Assembly (NCBI GenBank): GCA_963707215.1
Contig: CAVPPB010000003.1
Location: forward strand, 1,280,001 to 1,344,000
Length of the DNA stretch: 64,000 nt
DNA from: an uncultured Chloroflexia bacterium
GTDB taxonomy: Bacteria; Chloroflexota; Limnocylindria; Limnocylindrales; CSP1-4
Reading direction: 5' to 3'
Shown here in pieces: positions 1-9,804 of this stretch. The translations under genes were made by a program, and so were the position numbers. The first letter of the stretch is position 1; every line of letters starts with the position of its first letter. The notes under the pieces were generated by a model. It had not been told where the DNA came from, did not search any database, and worked only from the letters and a program-made list of their open reading frames with translations.

Positions 1-2171
1 GCCGGAGCCGGCGCGTCCGCGGCGCCGGCGATCGCTCCCGGCGCCGGCGGCTGCCCGAGGACCACGAGCACCGTCCGCCAGGTCGCCGCCACGACGCCCA
101 GGAACGGGACGACCAGGAACATCCCGATGATCCCGCCGAGCGCCCCGCCGGCCGGGATCGAGAGAAGGACGATGGCTGGGTGGATGTTGACCGCCCGGCT
201 GAAGACGAGCGGCTGGACGACGTTGCCCTGGACGACGTTGAAGATGGCCGTGAAGGCGAACATCACGATGATGGCCACGGGGTCGCCGGTCGTCACCGCG
301 AGCAGGAAGGCGGCACCGGTCGTGATCAGGCTCCCGATGTACGGGATGTAGCCGCCGAAGAAGGAGAGGACGAAGATCGGCAGGGCCAGGGGCACGCCCA
401 GGATGACCATGAGCGCCCACTGAGTCGCCGCTCCGAAGAGCGACACGGCCCCGGTGCCGAGCATGTAGCCGCCCAGCACCGACACGGCCTGGCCGCCGGC
501 GGCATCGAGCTCGCGGCGCCGCCAGGGGGCCGTCCGTGACGTGATCCGGTCCCAGGCATCGCGCCCGTCCCTGAGGAAGAAGTAGGTCAGGATGATCCCG
601 ACGAGGAACACGAGGGCGACCGCGGCGGCGCTCAGCGTGACGCTCAGGACGGCCGTGGCGATCGAGTTGCCGATCGTGGCGACGAGATCCTCGAGCGACC
701 CGCCGAGGCCCTCCAGGAAGTCGTTGATGGCCCCGGCGCCGTCCCCCAGACCGGCCACCAGGTCGCCGACGTTGGAGATCAGGAAGACGACCGACAGTAC
801 CGTGAGGAGCCCGATGATCCCGGTCACCCCGGCCGTGACCACGGCCGCGGCGAGCCCCAGGCCCCAGCCACGCTTGGTCAGCCAGCCGACGATCGGCGCG
901 AAGGTGGCAGCCAGGACGGCGGCGATGATGAGGGGCAGGGCCAGGATCGGGATCTGCAGGACGGCCGTCAGGGCCGCGGCGACGAGCGCGATACCGATGA
1001 GCAGACGCCAGCTCCACTGGGCGAGCATGTCGAGCCAGGGCGGGACGACCTCGCTGGCCGCGGCGCCGTCAGGGCCGTCCGGTCGGACGATGTCGATGGC
1101 CGAGGTCCCGATCGCCAGCAGGGCGACGGCGACCGGCACGGCCAGGATCACCCCGAGCAACCCGCCGAGCGAGGCTCCGATCGGCAGGGCGATGAGGACG
1201 ATGGCCGGGTTGATCCGGGCACTGACCCGCTCGAGGCGCGGTGCGACGAGACGTTCCGTGACCAGGTTCAGGACCACGATCAGGATCAGCAGCACGAACG
1301 TCCAGGTGGGGCCCACGGAGGCGAACGCCACGAGCAGCACCGCCGCCGTCGCCACGATCGCCCCGATGTAGGGGATGAAGCCGCCGGCGAAGACCAGCAC
1401 GGACAGCGGGAACGCCACGGCGACCCCGAGGACCACGAGCAGCGCGAGGGTGATCAGGGCCTCGAGGGCCGCCATGATGGCCGTCCGCCGGAGGTAGCCG
1501 CCGACCCGCTGGATGCCGAGCCCAGCGCTCTGCGCCGCCGCCTCGCGATGGTGATCACTCATGCCCTGGGTGATCCAGCGCCAGCCCCGGCCGAAGTCCT
1601 GGAGCACGTAGAAGGTCGTGAACGCGGCGAAGAGCAGGACGGTCGCCACGCTCGCGACGTTGCCGACGATCGCAGCGACGTTGCCGGCGAACCACTCCAG
1701 GCTTCCGTCAAGCATGTCGGCGATCGAGTCGGCGATCGCGGGCGGCACCAGGTCGCCGGCCTCGCCGTCGCGCAGAGCATCGACGCCATCCCTGATGGCG
1801 CGGACGAGGTCCGGCCCGTACACCACCAGGACGTAGACCGCGACCCCGAGGATCGCCACGACGATGCCGACCACCAGCAGCGTGCCGACCGCCGCTGCTC
1901 GCCCGCTGCCCCAGCCTCGCGCCCGGAGGCTCGTCACGAGCGGCGCGACCGCTACCGAGGCAAGGAAGGCGACGAGGATGGACGCGGTCACGGTCGAGAT
2001 CGAGACCGCGATCGCCAGCAGGACCAGGGCGAAGGCGACGATCACGAGGACCCGCCAGCCGAGACCGCCCAGGCGGACCAGCCAGAACGGGATCTCCGCT
2101 CCGGCGGACGTCGCGACCGCGTTCGGATCTCTCCTCTCGGATCCGGCCGCGGGCCTGGAGCTGTCGACCAT
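1..2171 (-). CDS. AI-2E family transporter with two tandem AI-2E modules; 3' end runs off the window
   Basis: Manual translation from ATG at 2171 (RBS GGAGG). GFIPYIG...INPAIVLIALPIG and GYIPYIG...IHPAIVLLSIPAGG motifs lie in the same frame. Absent from the ORF track because there is no stop in the window. Confidence 0.85.
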   Translation of the reverse strand, partial: MVDSSRPAAGSERRDPNAVATSAGAEIPFWLVRLGGLGWRVLVIVAFALVLLAIAVSISTVTASILVAFLASVAVAPLVTSLRARGWGSGRAAAVGTLLVVGIVVAILGVAVYVLVVYGPDLVRAIRDGVDALRDGEAGDLVPPAIADSIADMLDGSLEWFAGNVAAIVGNVASVATVLLFAAFTTFYVLQDFGRGWRWITQGMSDHHREAAAQSAGLGIQRVGGYLRRTAIMAALEALITLALLVVLGVAVAFPLSVLVFAGGFIPYIGAIVATAAVLLVAFASVGPTWTFVLLILIVVLNLVTERLVAPRLERVSARINPAIVLIALPIGASLGGLLGVILAVPVAVALLAIGTSAIDIVRPDGPDGAAASEVVPPWLDMLAQWSWRLLIGIALVAAALTAVLQIPILALPLIIAAVLAATFAPIVGWLTKRGWGLGLAAAVVTAGVTGIIGLLTVLSVVFLISNVGDLVAGLGDGAGAINDFLEGLGGSLEDLVATIGNSIATAVLSVTLSAAAVALVFLVGIILTYFFLRDGRDAWDRITSRTAPWRRRELDAAGGQAVSVLGGYMLGTGAVSLFGAATQWALMVILGVPLALPIFVLSFFGGYIPYIGSLITTGAAFLLAVTTGDPVAIIVMFAFTAIFNVVQGNVVQPLVFSRAVNIHPAIVLLSIPAGGALGGIIGMFLVVPFLGVVAATWRTVLVVLGQPPAPGAIAGAADAPAP

Positions 2172-2285
2172 CGTCACCCTCCCTGTCCGGTCCGGCTCAC
2201 GCGCGGGATCCGGGACCCCGCAATGGTACGGGGCGGGACCGTGGCCGTGGGCACCCGCTCGCCGGCCGGTCGAGACGTCGGCCGG

Positions 2286-3557
2286 TCAGTCCTCGGGCAG
2301 CGGCGGATGCTCACCGGCGAGGCCGTCGCGATGCCGATGGGCATCGGGCGAGATCGGCAGGATCGCGACGGCCGCGAGCAGGTAGCTGACGGCCATGATG
2401 CCGAAGGCGATCGGGAAGCCGATCTCGTTGCCGAGCGCCCCCACGATGATCCCCAGGACCGCCGACCACAGCGCGCCGACGACGAACATCAGGGTGAAGT
2501 AGGCCCCGAAGGCGACGTCGCGGATGCCGGGGCGAGCGACGTCGGCGAGGAGCGCCTGGAGCAGGGCGCTCTCCTCGTAGACGAAGGCTGACATGAAGCC
2601 GATCGCCAGCCAGACGAGCGGGATCGTCGAGCCCGCGGCGACCAGCATGACGAGCCCGACCGCGCCCAGGAGGTAGGAGCCGACGAGCACCCATCGATGC
2701 CCGAAGCGCCCGGCGAGCCAGCCGGCCACGATCGGCCCCGGCACGCTCCCGGCCAGCAGCAACGTGTACATGACCGCGATCGTGGCGGCATCGAGGCCGA
2801 GCACCAGGGCCAGGTACAGGGGCACGAACGTCGTCACGATGCCGAGCCCGCGACCGGCCGAGGCGACCGTCGAGGCGATGAACACCCAGCGCAGATCGTG
2901 CTCGTGGCGGATGGCCCGGATGATCCGCCAGGTCGATCCCTCGGCGAGGGCCGCTGTCCGATCGGTGCCGGCCTCGCGGACCAGCAGGACGATCGCCAGC
3001 CCGACGGCGACCGCCGGGACACCCAGGACCAGCATCGAGGACTGCCAGCCGGCCGTCGCGATGAGCCAGCCGCCGATGAGCGGGACGGCCACGGTCCCCA
3101 GGTTGCCCATGGCGATATGGGTGCTGATGGCCATCGCCCGCCGGACCGGCGGGAACTGCTCGGCAAGGACCGCGTGGCCGACCGTGTGCTGGGGAGCGCC
3201 GCCGAGGCGCGCGACGATCGTGGCGGCCGAGAAGGCGGTCCACGACGTGGCCGCCGCCGTGAGGAGGGTGCCCACGCCGAAGACCAGCCCGGCGGCACCC
3301 AGGATCCGTGGCCTGGGGACGTACCTGGCCAGCGGGCCGAACCCGAGCTGCACCGCCCCGCTGAGCAGGTTCGCGACACCCAGCAGAATCCCAACCGAGG
3401 CGACCCCGACGCCGTACGCGGCAACGACCTCGACGAGGACGAGCGGCAACAGGGCCGACTGGGCGTGGATCAGGCCATGCTGGATGGAGAGCAGACCCAG
3501 GGTCAGCCGAGGCCGGACTCCCGGGACCGGCCGCCCCGGGGCCATCAGGCTGGTCAT
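2286..3557 (-). CDS. MFS transporter
   Basis: About 12 hydrophobic segments; MFS loop motif GWLAGRFGHR. Confidence 0.85.
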   Translation of the reverse strand: MTSLMAPGRPVPGVRPRLTLGLLSIQHGLIHAQSALLPLVLVEVVAAYGVGVASVGILLGVANLLSGAVQLGFGPLARYVPRPRILGAAGLVFGVGTLLTAAATSWTAFSAATIVARLGGAPQHTVGHAVLAEQFPPVRRAMAISTHIAMGNLGTVAVPLIGGWLIATAGWQSSMLVLGVPAVAVGLAIVLLVREAGTDRTAALAEGSTWRIIRAIRHEHDLRWVFIASTVASAGRGLGIVTTFVPLYLALVLGLDAATIAVMYTLLLAGSVPGPIVAGWLAGRFGHRWVLVGSYLLGAVGLVMLVAAGSTIPLVWLAIGFMSAFVYEESALLQALLADVARPGIRDVAFGAYFTLMFVVGALWSAVLGIIVGALGNEIGFPIAFGIMAVSYLLAAVAILPISPDAHRHRDGLAGEHPPLPED

Positions 3558-3669
3558 CGTCGGTCATGGTAGCCAGCCACGTGTACCCGGCGAGCGAACG
3601 CGGCGCGCGAGGATCGACCGACCGTGCCACCATGTCCTCGGCCCATCCGTCCCGGGCCGGGAGGACATC

Positions 3670-4995
3670 GTGAGCGAGACACCGACCAGCCCGCCGCCCG
3701 TGACGTTCGCGGAGGCACCGCCGTCGGCGCCACCCGGACCTCCTGCCCAGCCTGACCCGTCCCCGGCCCAGCCACCGAGCGACTGGCGCAAGGCTCGCCG
3801 CTGGCTCACCTGGGTCGCGCTGATCCTCACCTGCGTGACCGCGGTGTCGGCGACGGCCGCGGTCTGGACGCACCGGACCCTGCTCGACACCGACACCTTC
3901 ATCGACAACGTCGCCGAGCCGATCGCTGACGACCCGGCCGTCGCCAACGCCCTCAGCATCGGGCTGACCGACCGCATCTTCGACGCGCTCGACATCCAGG
4001 GTCGGCTGGAGGCGGTCCTCCCCGACCCCATCGACTTCGTGGCCGGCTCGATCGAGGTCTCGCTGCGGGCCCGGGTCCAGGAGCGCCTGGAGGTCGCCCT
4101 CCGCAGCGACCAGGCCAAGGCGGCCTGGCTGGCTGCGAACCGCTTCGCCCACGAACGGATCCTGGCCATCATCCGGGGCGAGTCCGAGGTCGTGATCTCG
4201 GAGGACGGCGTCGTCTACGTCGACCTGCGTGGGCTCGTCGAAGTGGCCCTGCGGACCCTCCAGGACGCCGGCGTCATCGACGCCTCGGTCGTCATTCCCG
4301 ACTTCACCGAGTTCGAGACGCCGGAGCGCATCCAGGCCTGGCTCGAGCAGAACCTGGGGCTCGCGCCCGACACCGACATCCTCCTGGTGCCCGTCGCCCA
4401 GACCGAGGCGATCGAGACGGCCCGGGTCCTCCTGCGGGTCTTCGACGTCGTCGTCGTCGTGCTGATCATCGCGGCCGTGCTCCTGGGGATCCTGACCATC
4501 GCGATCGCCCTCGCCCGACGCCGAGCCGCGGTCCAGCTGGCCATCGGCCTGGCCATCTCGTTCGCGGTCTCGTACCTCGTGATCGAGGCGGTCCAGGGTT
4601 GGCTCATCGACCAGCTCGCGGCAGGCACCCTGGCGAGCGTCGGGCAAGCCACGATCGAGGCGACCCTCACCGATCTCTCGCGCTGGACCGAGGTCCTGGT
4701 CGGCTTCTCGGTCGTGCTCGCCGTTGTCGCCTACTTCCTGAGCGGCCCGGGCTGGCTGCGCCGCCTGCCGGGCACCCGGGCCGGTGCCTGGATCGTCGGC
4801 AATCCCGGTCCGATGCGGCTCGGCGGCATCGTCGTCCCGCTCCTCCTGCTCTTCGTCCTGCCGAAGGGCCCGGTCATCGTCGTCGCCATCGTCGCGCTCG
4901 CGATCACCTACCAGGTGGTCTACGTCTTCGTGCGACGGGACGCCAGGGAGATGGGCGTGCTGACCGACGAGGGGGAAGCCACGGCGGCCGCCTAG
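3670..4995 (+). CDS. Integral membrane hypothetical protein
   Basis: GTG at 3670 after GGAGG; N-terminal TM, soluble domain and several C-terminal TMs (real 3' part of ORF 2764..4995). Confidence 0.7.
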   Translation: MSETPTSPPPVTFAEAPPSAPPGPPAQPDPSPAQPPSDWRKARRWLTWVALILTCVTAVSATAAVWTHRTLLDTDTFIDNVAEPIADDPAVANALSIGLTDRIFDALDIQGRLEAVLPDPIDFVAGSIEVSLRARVQERLEVALRSDQAKAAWLAANRFAHERILAIIRGESEVVISEDGVVYVDLRGLVEVALRTLQDAGVIDASVVIPDFTEFETPERIQAWLEQNLGLAPDTDILLVPVAQTEAIETARVLLRVFDVVVVVLIIAAVLLGILTIAIALARRRAAVQLAIGLAISFAVSYLVIEAVQGWLIDQLAAGTLASVGQATIEATLTDLSRWTEVLVGFSVVLAVVAYFLSGPGWLRRLPGTRAGAWIVGNPGPMRLGGIVVPLLLLFVLPKGPVIVVAIVALAITYQVVYVFVRRDAREMGVLTDEGEATAAA

Positions 4996-5054
4996 GACCC
5001 GCCGGATCGGGAGGCGCCGTCGCTCCCGCCGGCCGGAACGCAGGACGGACGGAA

Positions 5055-5084
5055 CGGCCGGGCCCCGGTTCGGGGCACCGGCCG
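5055..5084. terminator. GC-rich hairpin between convergent genes, possible bidirectional terminator
   Basis: cggccgg-gcccc-ggttc-ggggc-a-ccggccg stem-loop; no U-tract. Confidence 0.35.
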
Positions 5085-5131
5085 CTCATGGTCTCTCGGA
5101 CGGCGCGGCCAGCGGACCGCGGCCCGGTCGT

Positions 5132-6490
5132 TCAGAACGCCTCGAGGTAACGGTCGAGCTCCCACTTGGTGACCTGGGTCTTGTACTCGTCCCACTCGGC
5201 GCGCTTGGCGTCGAGGTAGTGCGAGAGGACGTGGTCGCCAAGGGCCTCGCAGATGACCGGGTCGGCCTCGAGCTCGTCGATCGCCTCGCCCAGCGTCCCA
5301 GGCAGCTCGCGGATGCCCTTCTCGGCGATCCGGATCGCGTCCATCTCGAAGAGGCTCTCCTCGACGGGCTCGCCGAGGGTCATCCCCTTCTCCACCCCGT
5401 CGAGTCCGGCGGCGATCATCGCCGCGAAGGCGAGGTAAGTGTTCGATGAGGGGTCCGGGCAGCGGACCTCCAGGCGGGTGCCCTCGATCGACTTGCCGGG
5501 GGAGACCTTGGGAACCCGGATGAGGGCGGACCGGTTGGTCCGGCCCCAGGTGAGGTACGTCGGCGCCTCGTAGCCGGGAACCAGCCGCTTGTAGCTGTTC
5601 ACCAGCGGTGCCAGGACGGCGATCATCCCCCGGGCGTGGGCCAGGACCCCGGCCGCGTACGAGCGGGCGACGTCGGACAGCCCGTACTGGTTGGCCGGAT
5701 CGGCGAAGGCGTTCCGCTTCTCGGCGATGGAGAAGAGGCTCTGGTGGGTGTGCATGCCGGAGCCGTTGATCCCGTGGATCGGCTTCGGCATGAACGTCGC
5801 GTAGAGGCCGTGGAGCTGGGCGACCGCCTTGAGCGTGAACTTGAAGGTCAGGGCGTTGTCGGCCGTGCGGATGGCATCCGAGTACTCGAAGTCGATCTCG
5901 TGCTGCCCTTCGGCGACCTCGTGGTGGGCGGCCTCGACGTTGATCCCGAAGGCCCCGAGGGCGTCGACCATGTCCTGGCGGACCTCCTGGGCGAGGTCCG
6001 TGGTGAAGTCGAAGTAGCCGGCCAGGTCGTGCGGAAGGGGCGCCACCCGACCGTTCTCGTCGCGCCGGAACAGGAAGAACTCGAGCTCCGGGCCCATGTT
6101 GACGATGTAGCCCAGGTCGCGGGCCCGGTCCACCTGACGGCGGAGGATGTAGCGCGGGTCGCCGACGAACGGCTCGCCCTTGGGCGTGTAGACGTCACAG
6201 ATCACGCGGGCGGTCCCTCGTGGTCCGCTGCCCTTCTGCCAGGGGATCTCGCCGAAGGTCGCCATGTCCGGGACCAGGTACTGGTCGGACTCGGCGATCC
6301 GGGTGAAGCCCTCGATCGACGAGCCGTCGAACCAGGTGCCGTGAGCGACCGAGCTCTCGAGCTGGTGGATCGGGATCGTGACGGCCTTGACGGAGCCGAT
6401 GATGTCGGTGAACTGGAGCTGGACGAAGCGGATACCGTTCCCCTTCGCCTGATCGATCGTCTTCTTCGCGTCCGAAGGGATGTCGGCCAA
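5132..6490 (-). CDS. glnA: Glutamine synthetase type I (GSI-alpha-like)
   Basis: WFDGSSIEGF, HHEVAEGQHEI, ATFMPKP...NGSGMH, NSYKRLVPGYEAP, NRSALIR and EVRCPDPS motifs. Confidence 0.95.
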   Translation of the reverse strand: MADIPSDAKKTIDQAKGNGIRFVQLQFTDIIGSVKAVTIPIHQLESSVAHGTWFDGSSIEGFTRIAESDQYLVPDMATFGEIPWQKGSGPRGTARVICDVYTPKGEPFVGDPRYILRRQVDRARDLGYIVNMGPELEFFLFRRDENGRVAPLPHDLAGYFDFTTDLAQEVRQDMVDALGAFGINVEAAHHEVAEGQHEIDFEYSDAIRTADNALTFKFTLKAVAQLHGLYATFMPKPIHGINGSGMHTHQSLFSIAEKRNAFADPANQYGLSDVARSYAAGVLAHARGMIAVLAPLVNSYKRLVPGYEAPTYLTWGRTNRSALIRVPKVSPGKSIEGTRLEVRCPDPSSNTYLAFAAMIAAGLDGVEKGMTLGEPVEESLFEMDAIRIAEKGIRELPGTLGEAIDELEADPVICEALGDHVLSHYLDAKRAEWDEYKTQVTKWELDRYLEAF

Positions 6491-6537
6491 TGTCGTGTCC
6501 TCGTGCGATCCGGGGGCTGCCCGGTGGCACGGTCGAT

Positions 6538-6652
6538 GCTTGTGCCGTGTGCACTAGCAAACCGCGGAGCAGCCGGTCCGGGGCGAGGATAGCAGGGGCT
6601 CCGCCGTCGTCACTCGGGCCGTACCCCCGATCCTATAGTGCGCTTTGCACGA
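6538..6652 (-). promoter_or_regulatory. glnA promoter with two GTGC-N5-GCAC palindromes (putative PucR/CdaR operators) and a -10-like TATCCT
   Basis: GTGCcgtgtGCAC at 6542-6554, GTGCgctttGCAC at 6638-6650, TATCCT (minus strand) at 6586-6591. Confidence 0.55.
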
Positions 6653-8168
6653 GCCTCACGGCGATCGCGAGCGGGAGGCGCAGGTCGGCGTCGGTCGGAC
6701 GCCAGCCGGCGAGGGCCTCGATGCGGCGCAGCCGGTAGGCCAGCGTGTTGCGGTGGATGCCGAGGGCGACCGCCGCCTCGGCCATCCCCGGCGTCTCGAG
6801 GACGGCCCGGAGCGTCGCCAGGCGCTCGGCGACGACGTCGGGTCGCCCATCGAGAAGCGGGGCCAGGAGCGTCCGGGCATGTCGTGTGCCATCGGGCAGG
6901 TTGTGCAGACCGCCCAGCAGGCGGTAGGCGGCCTGGCGATCGGCCCGGGCGACCCGCGCACCGTCGTGGCTCGGGTCCGTGGCGGCCAGGCTCTCCATGG
7001 CCTCGAGCGTCGCGCGCGCCTCCGCCTCGGCGAGGGGACGCTCGCCCGGGGCCCCGAAGGGCCGCGACACGGCGACCGGTCGACCCAGCAGGGTCGCGAT
7101 CCGGCCCGCGGTCCCGAGACCGCCGGGGTCGATCGGCCCCGCCGCCAGGACGACCCGCAGCTCGAGGCTCTCGGCGTCGCCCCGGAGGGCGAGTCGGCGG
7201 GCCGGGGCCAGAGCACGGATCTCGCGCCGGACGGTCTCCCGCGCGTCCAGGCCATCCACCTCGTCGGCAGCCCCCTGCCGTGCGACGAGGACGACCCAGG
7301 GCGGACCGGCCGCCGGCAGGGCCCCGTCGCGGCGTCCCGCGTCGCGGGCCCGGCGGACAGCCTCATCGCGGGCCAGCTGCAGGGCCACCAGCCCGGCGAT
7401 CCGCTCCGCCGCGATCCGGTCGAGCTCGCTGGCCGGACGCGCCCCGAGCAGCACGAGGGCACCCGTCGAACGCTCGGTCGCGGAGCCGTCGACGCCGCCC
7501 GGACTGCCGGGGAGGTTGACCCGAAGGGTGCCGGCCCTGACCCCGCCCTGGTAGCGGGCGACCTCGGCCGCCGCAGCCGGGTCGTCGCCCGCCAGGTGGA
7601 CGGCCAGGACGTCGCCGCGACGGCCCTCCAGGGCAACGGGGCGACCCAGGAACGTCCCGACCTCGGCCAGCAGCGCCGCGGGCTCCGCGTCGCCGAGTGC
7701 CAGGCGCTCGAGCCGGGTCTCCAGAACGCCGGCCTGGTGCTCGAGCTCGGCCCGCCGATTGACGATGCAGCCGATGATCCCGCGCTCGAGCGCCCCGGCA
7801 TCACCGTCCTTGAGCCGGAAGGCCGGCAGTCCGGCCGAACCGGCCGCGTCGATGAGGACCTGGACCGAGCCGCGACCGCCGTCCTCGACCGGCTCGGCGG
7901 CGTCGCCTCCGACCACGACCAACCCGGCGACCCGCGAGCGAGCCAGGGCGACGACCAGCTCCACGATGAGCCCGGACGACGGAGCGACGATGGCCAGGGC
8001 CGTGACGGGCACGACGATCAGATCCCCGGGCTCGGGGGAGTCGAGCGCCGGGACCCGCGCTCGCAGGACCCGGACCCAACCCACCGTGGCACCGAGCCGG
8101 GCGTCAGCGGCCTCGCTGGCGGTCGCCGTCGGGAAGACAGCGTCGCGGATCTCGCCGAGGGTCGCCAT
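6633..8168 (-). CDS. PucR/CdaR family transcriptional regulator
   Basis: N-terminal PucR-like domain (VGWVRVL); C-terminal HTH AAVALGIHRNTLAYRLRRIE; ATG overlaps the upstream TGA. Confidence 0.88.
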   Translation of the reverse strand: MATLGEIRDAVFPTATASEAADARLGATVGWVRVLRARVPALDSPEPGDLIVVPVTALAIVAPSSGLIVELVVALARSRVAGLVVVGGDAAEPVEDGGRGSVQVLIDAAGSAGLPAFRLKDGDAGALERGIIGCIVNRRAELEHQAGVLETRLERLALGDAEPAALLAEVGTFLGRPVALEGRRGDVLAVHLAGDDPAAAAEVARYQGGVRAGTLRVNLPGSPGGVDGSATERSTGALVLLGARPASELDRIAAERIAGLVALQLARDEAVRRARDAGRRDGALPAAGPPWVVLVARQGAADEVDGLDARETVRREIRALAPARRLALRGDAESLELRVVLAAGPIDPGGLGTAGRIATLLGRPVAVSRPFGAPGERPLAEAEARATLEAMESLAATDPSHDGARVARADRQAAYRLLGGLHNLPDGTRHARTLLAPLLDGRPDVVAERLATLRAVLETPGMAEAAVALGIHRNTLAYRLRRIEALAGWRPTDADLRLPLAIAVRLVQSAL

Positions 8169-9652
8169 CAGGCCGGACCGTCGCCGGTCGCGGAGTCGGC
8201 AGGGGCGTCGGGCGGTGACCGACGCTGCGCCACCAGGTCGTCGACGACCGCCCCGAACTCCCGGTCCACGTCGACATAGCGGTCGTAGCGGGCCACCAGG
8301 GTGGCCTCGCCGTCCGGCCGCAGGCGCGCCCAGATCCGCCGTCGGGGCAGCCAGAAGGTGACCACCAGGCCGACGATGAGGAGCCCGAAGGCGAGCCAGA
8401 CCAGGCCCTGGCCGGGGTCGTGCTTGGCGATGAGGAGGGTGTACTCGGAGACCCCTCGAAGCCCGACGATGAAGTCGATCGCCGGCGTCGTCCCGCTCTC
8501 GCCGGGGACGAGGGCCAGGGCTCCGAGCTCCTCGGTCTCGGGCGAGCCGTCGGGGAGCTCGCCGACGACCCGGTACGGGATGGCCAGGACGACCGCCGAG
8601 CCGTCGTCGCCCCGATCGAGGAAGAGCTGCAGCCCGGCATCGCGACCCGGGACTGCCGTGATCCCGAACGGCAGGCCGGCGACCTGGTCGGTCAGCACGA
8701 CCGGTCCGCTCCACAGCACGGCTCCGCTGGAGCGGTCGCGGATCAACAGGTCCGGGGCCGGGCCGAAGCCGTTCTGGTGAAACGTGTAGCCGGCGACGCT
8801 GAGCGGGTCGTTCACCCGGATGACCTTGCGGGCGATCTCCCGACCGTTCTGGAAGACCGCCAGGTCGGTCGTGAAGTCCTCGGGTCGGCCCGTCTCGAGA
8901 CCCGGCGCCTCGAACCCGAGGTTCTTGACGACGAGCAGGTCGGGCGTCCCGATCGGTTGCACCGTCAGCGAGTCGCCCTCGGCGACGACGAGCCCCGATT
9001 CGTCGCCGAGCAGGCTGGTCACGGCCGCGGCGACCAGGAAGAGGATCAGGCCCGCGTGGGTCAGCAGCGTCGCCAGCTTCGTCCAGCGGTGGCGATCGGC
9101 CATGACCTGGAGCTCGCCGTCGACCTCGACCTCGCGGAGGCGGAAGTGATGGCGGCGCAGGACCGCCCGGAGGCCGTCGGCCGGGACGGCGGTCACGACG
9201 GCCCGCTCGGGCAGACGGGGCTCGTAGAACGTCGGCGGCTGGACGACCCGGATCTCGGCCGCCGCGCGCCAGAGCCTCGGGAGCCGGTCGAGCGTGCAGA
9301 TGAGGATCGAGAAGAGCAGGACGACGAGGCCGAGCGAGAACCAGGTGGAACGGAAGACCTGGAACAGCTGGAGCCGCTCGAGGACGTCGACCACCACGGG
9401 GCCGAGAACGGGATCCAGGCGGGCGTGGATGTCGGCCATCCCGTTGGCGTAGTCGGTCGCCGACCTGAAGGCCGAGTCGGGCAGCTGCGGCAGGGTCATG
9501 CCGATCGTCGCCAGGACGGCCAGGGCGATGATCTGGATGACGGCGAAGTCGACCGAGGTGAAGAGCCGCCATCCCGCAGCCCCCAGCCGGGCCAGCGGAC
9601 CGGCTGGCTGGCGCCGGGCCGAGGCGGGACGGCCGGCCGTCAGCGTCGCCAC
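8168..9652 (-). CDS. resB: Cytochrome c biogenesis protein ResB/CcsB (start uncertain, 9652-9748)
   Basis: FTSVDFA...IGMTLPQ, VFRSTWF, conserved His in LTHAGLILF, IRVNDPL and DPG...VWLAF motifs. Confidence 0.85.
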   Translation of the reverse strand: MATLTAGRPASARRQPAGPLARLGAAGWRLFTSVDFAVIQIIALAVLATIGMTLPQLPDSAFRSATDYANGMADIHARLDPVLGPVVVDVLERLQLFQVFRSTWFSLGLVVLLFSILICTLDRLPRLWRAAAEIRVVQPPTFYEPRLPERAVVTAVPADGLRAVLRRHHFRLREVEVDGELQVMADRHRWTKLATLLTHAGLILFLVAAAVTSLLGDESGLVVAEGDSLTVQPIGTPDLLVVKNLGFEAPGLETGRPEDFTTDLAVFQNGREIARKVIRVNDPLSVAGYTFHQNGFGPAPDLLIRDRSSGAVLWSGPVVLTDQVAGLPFGITAVPGRDAGLQLFLDRGDDGSAVVLAIPYRVVGELPDGSPETEELGALALVPGESGTTPAIDFIVGLRGVSEYTLLIAKHDPGQGLVWLAFGLLIVGLVVTFWLPRRRIWARLRPDGEATLVARYDRYVDVDREFGAVVDDLVAQRRSPPDAPADSATGDGPA

Positions 9653-9804
9653 CGCCGGGTCAGGTCCGGCCGGCGGCGCCCGGGGCAGCGGCCGTGGCTG
9701 CGGCCAGGCGGCGGGCGAGCTTCTCCTGGGGAGGATGCGTCGCCGCACGGATGGCGTGCGGGGGGAAGCCGGTCACGCGCCGGATGCTACACCGACCGCG
9801 GTGC

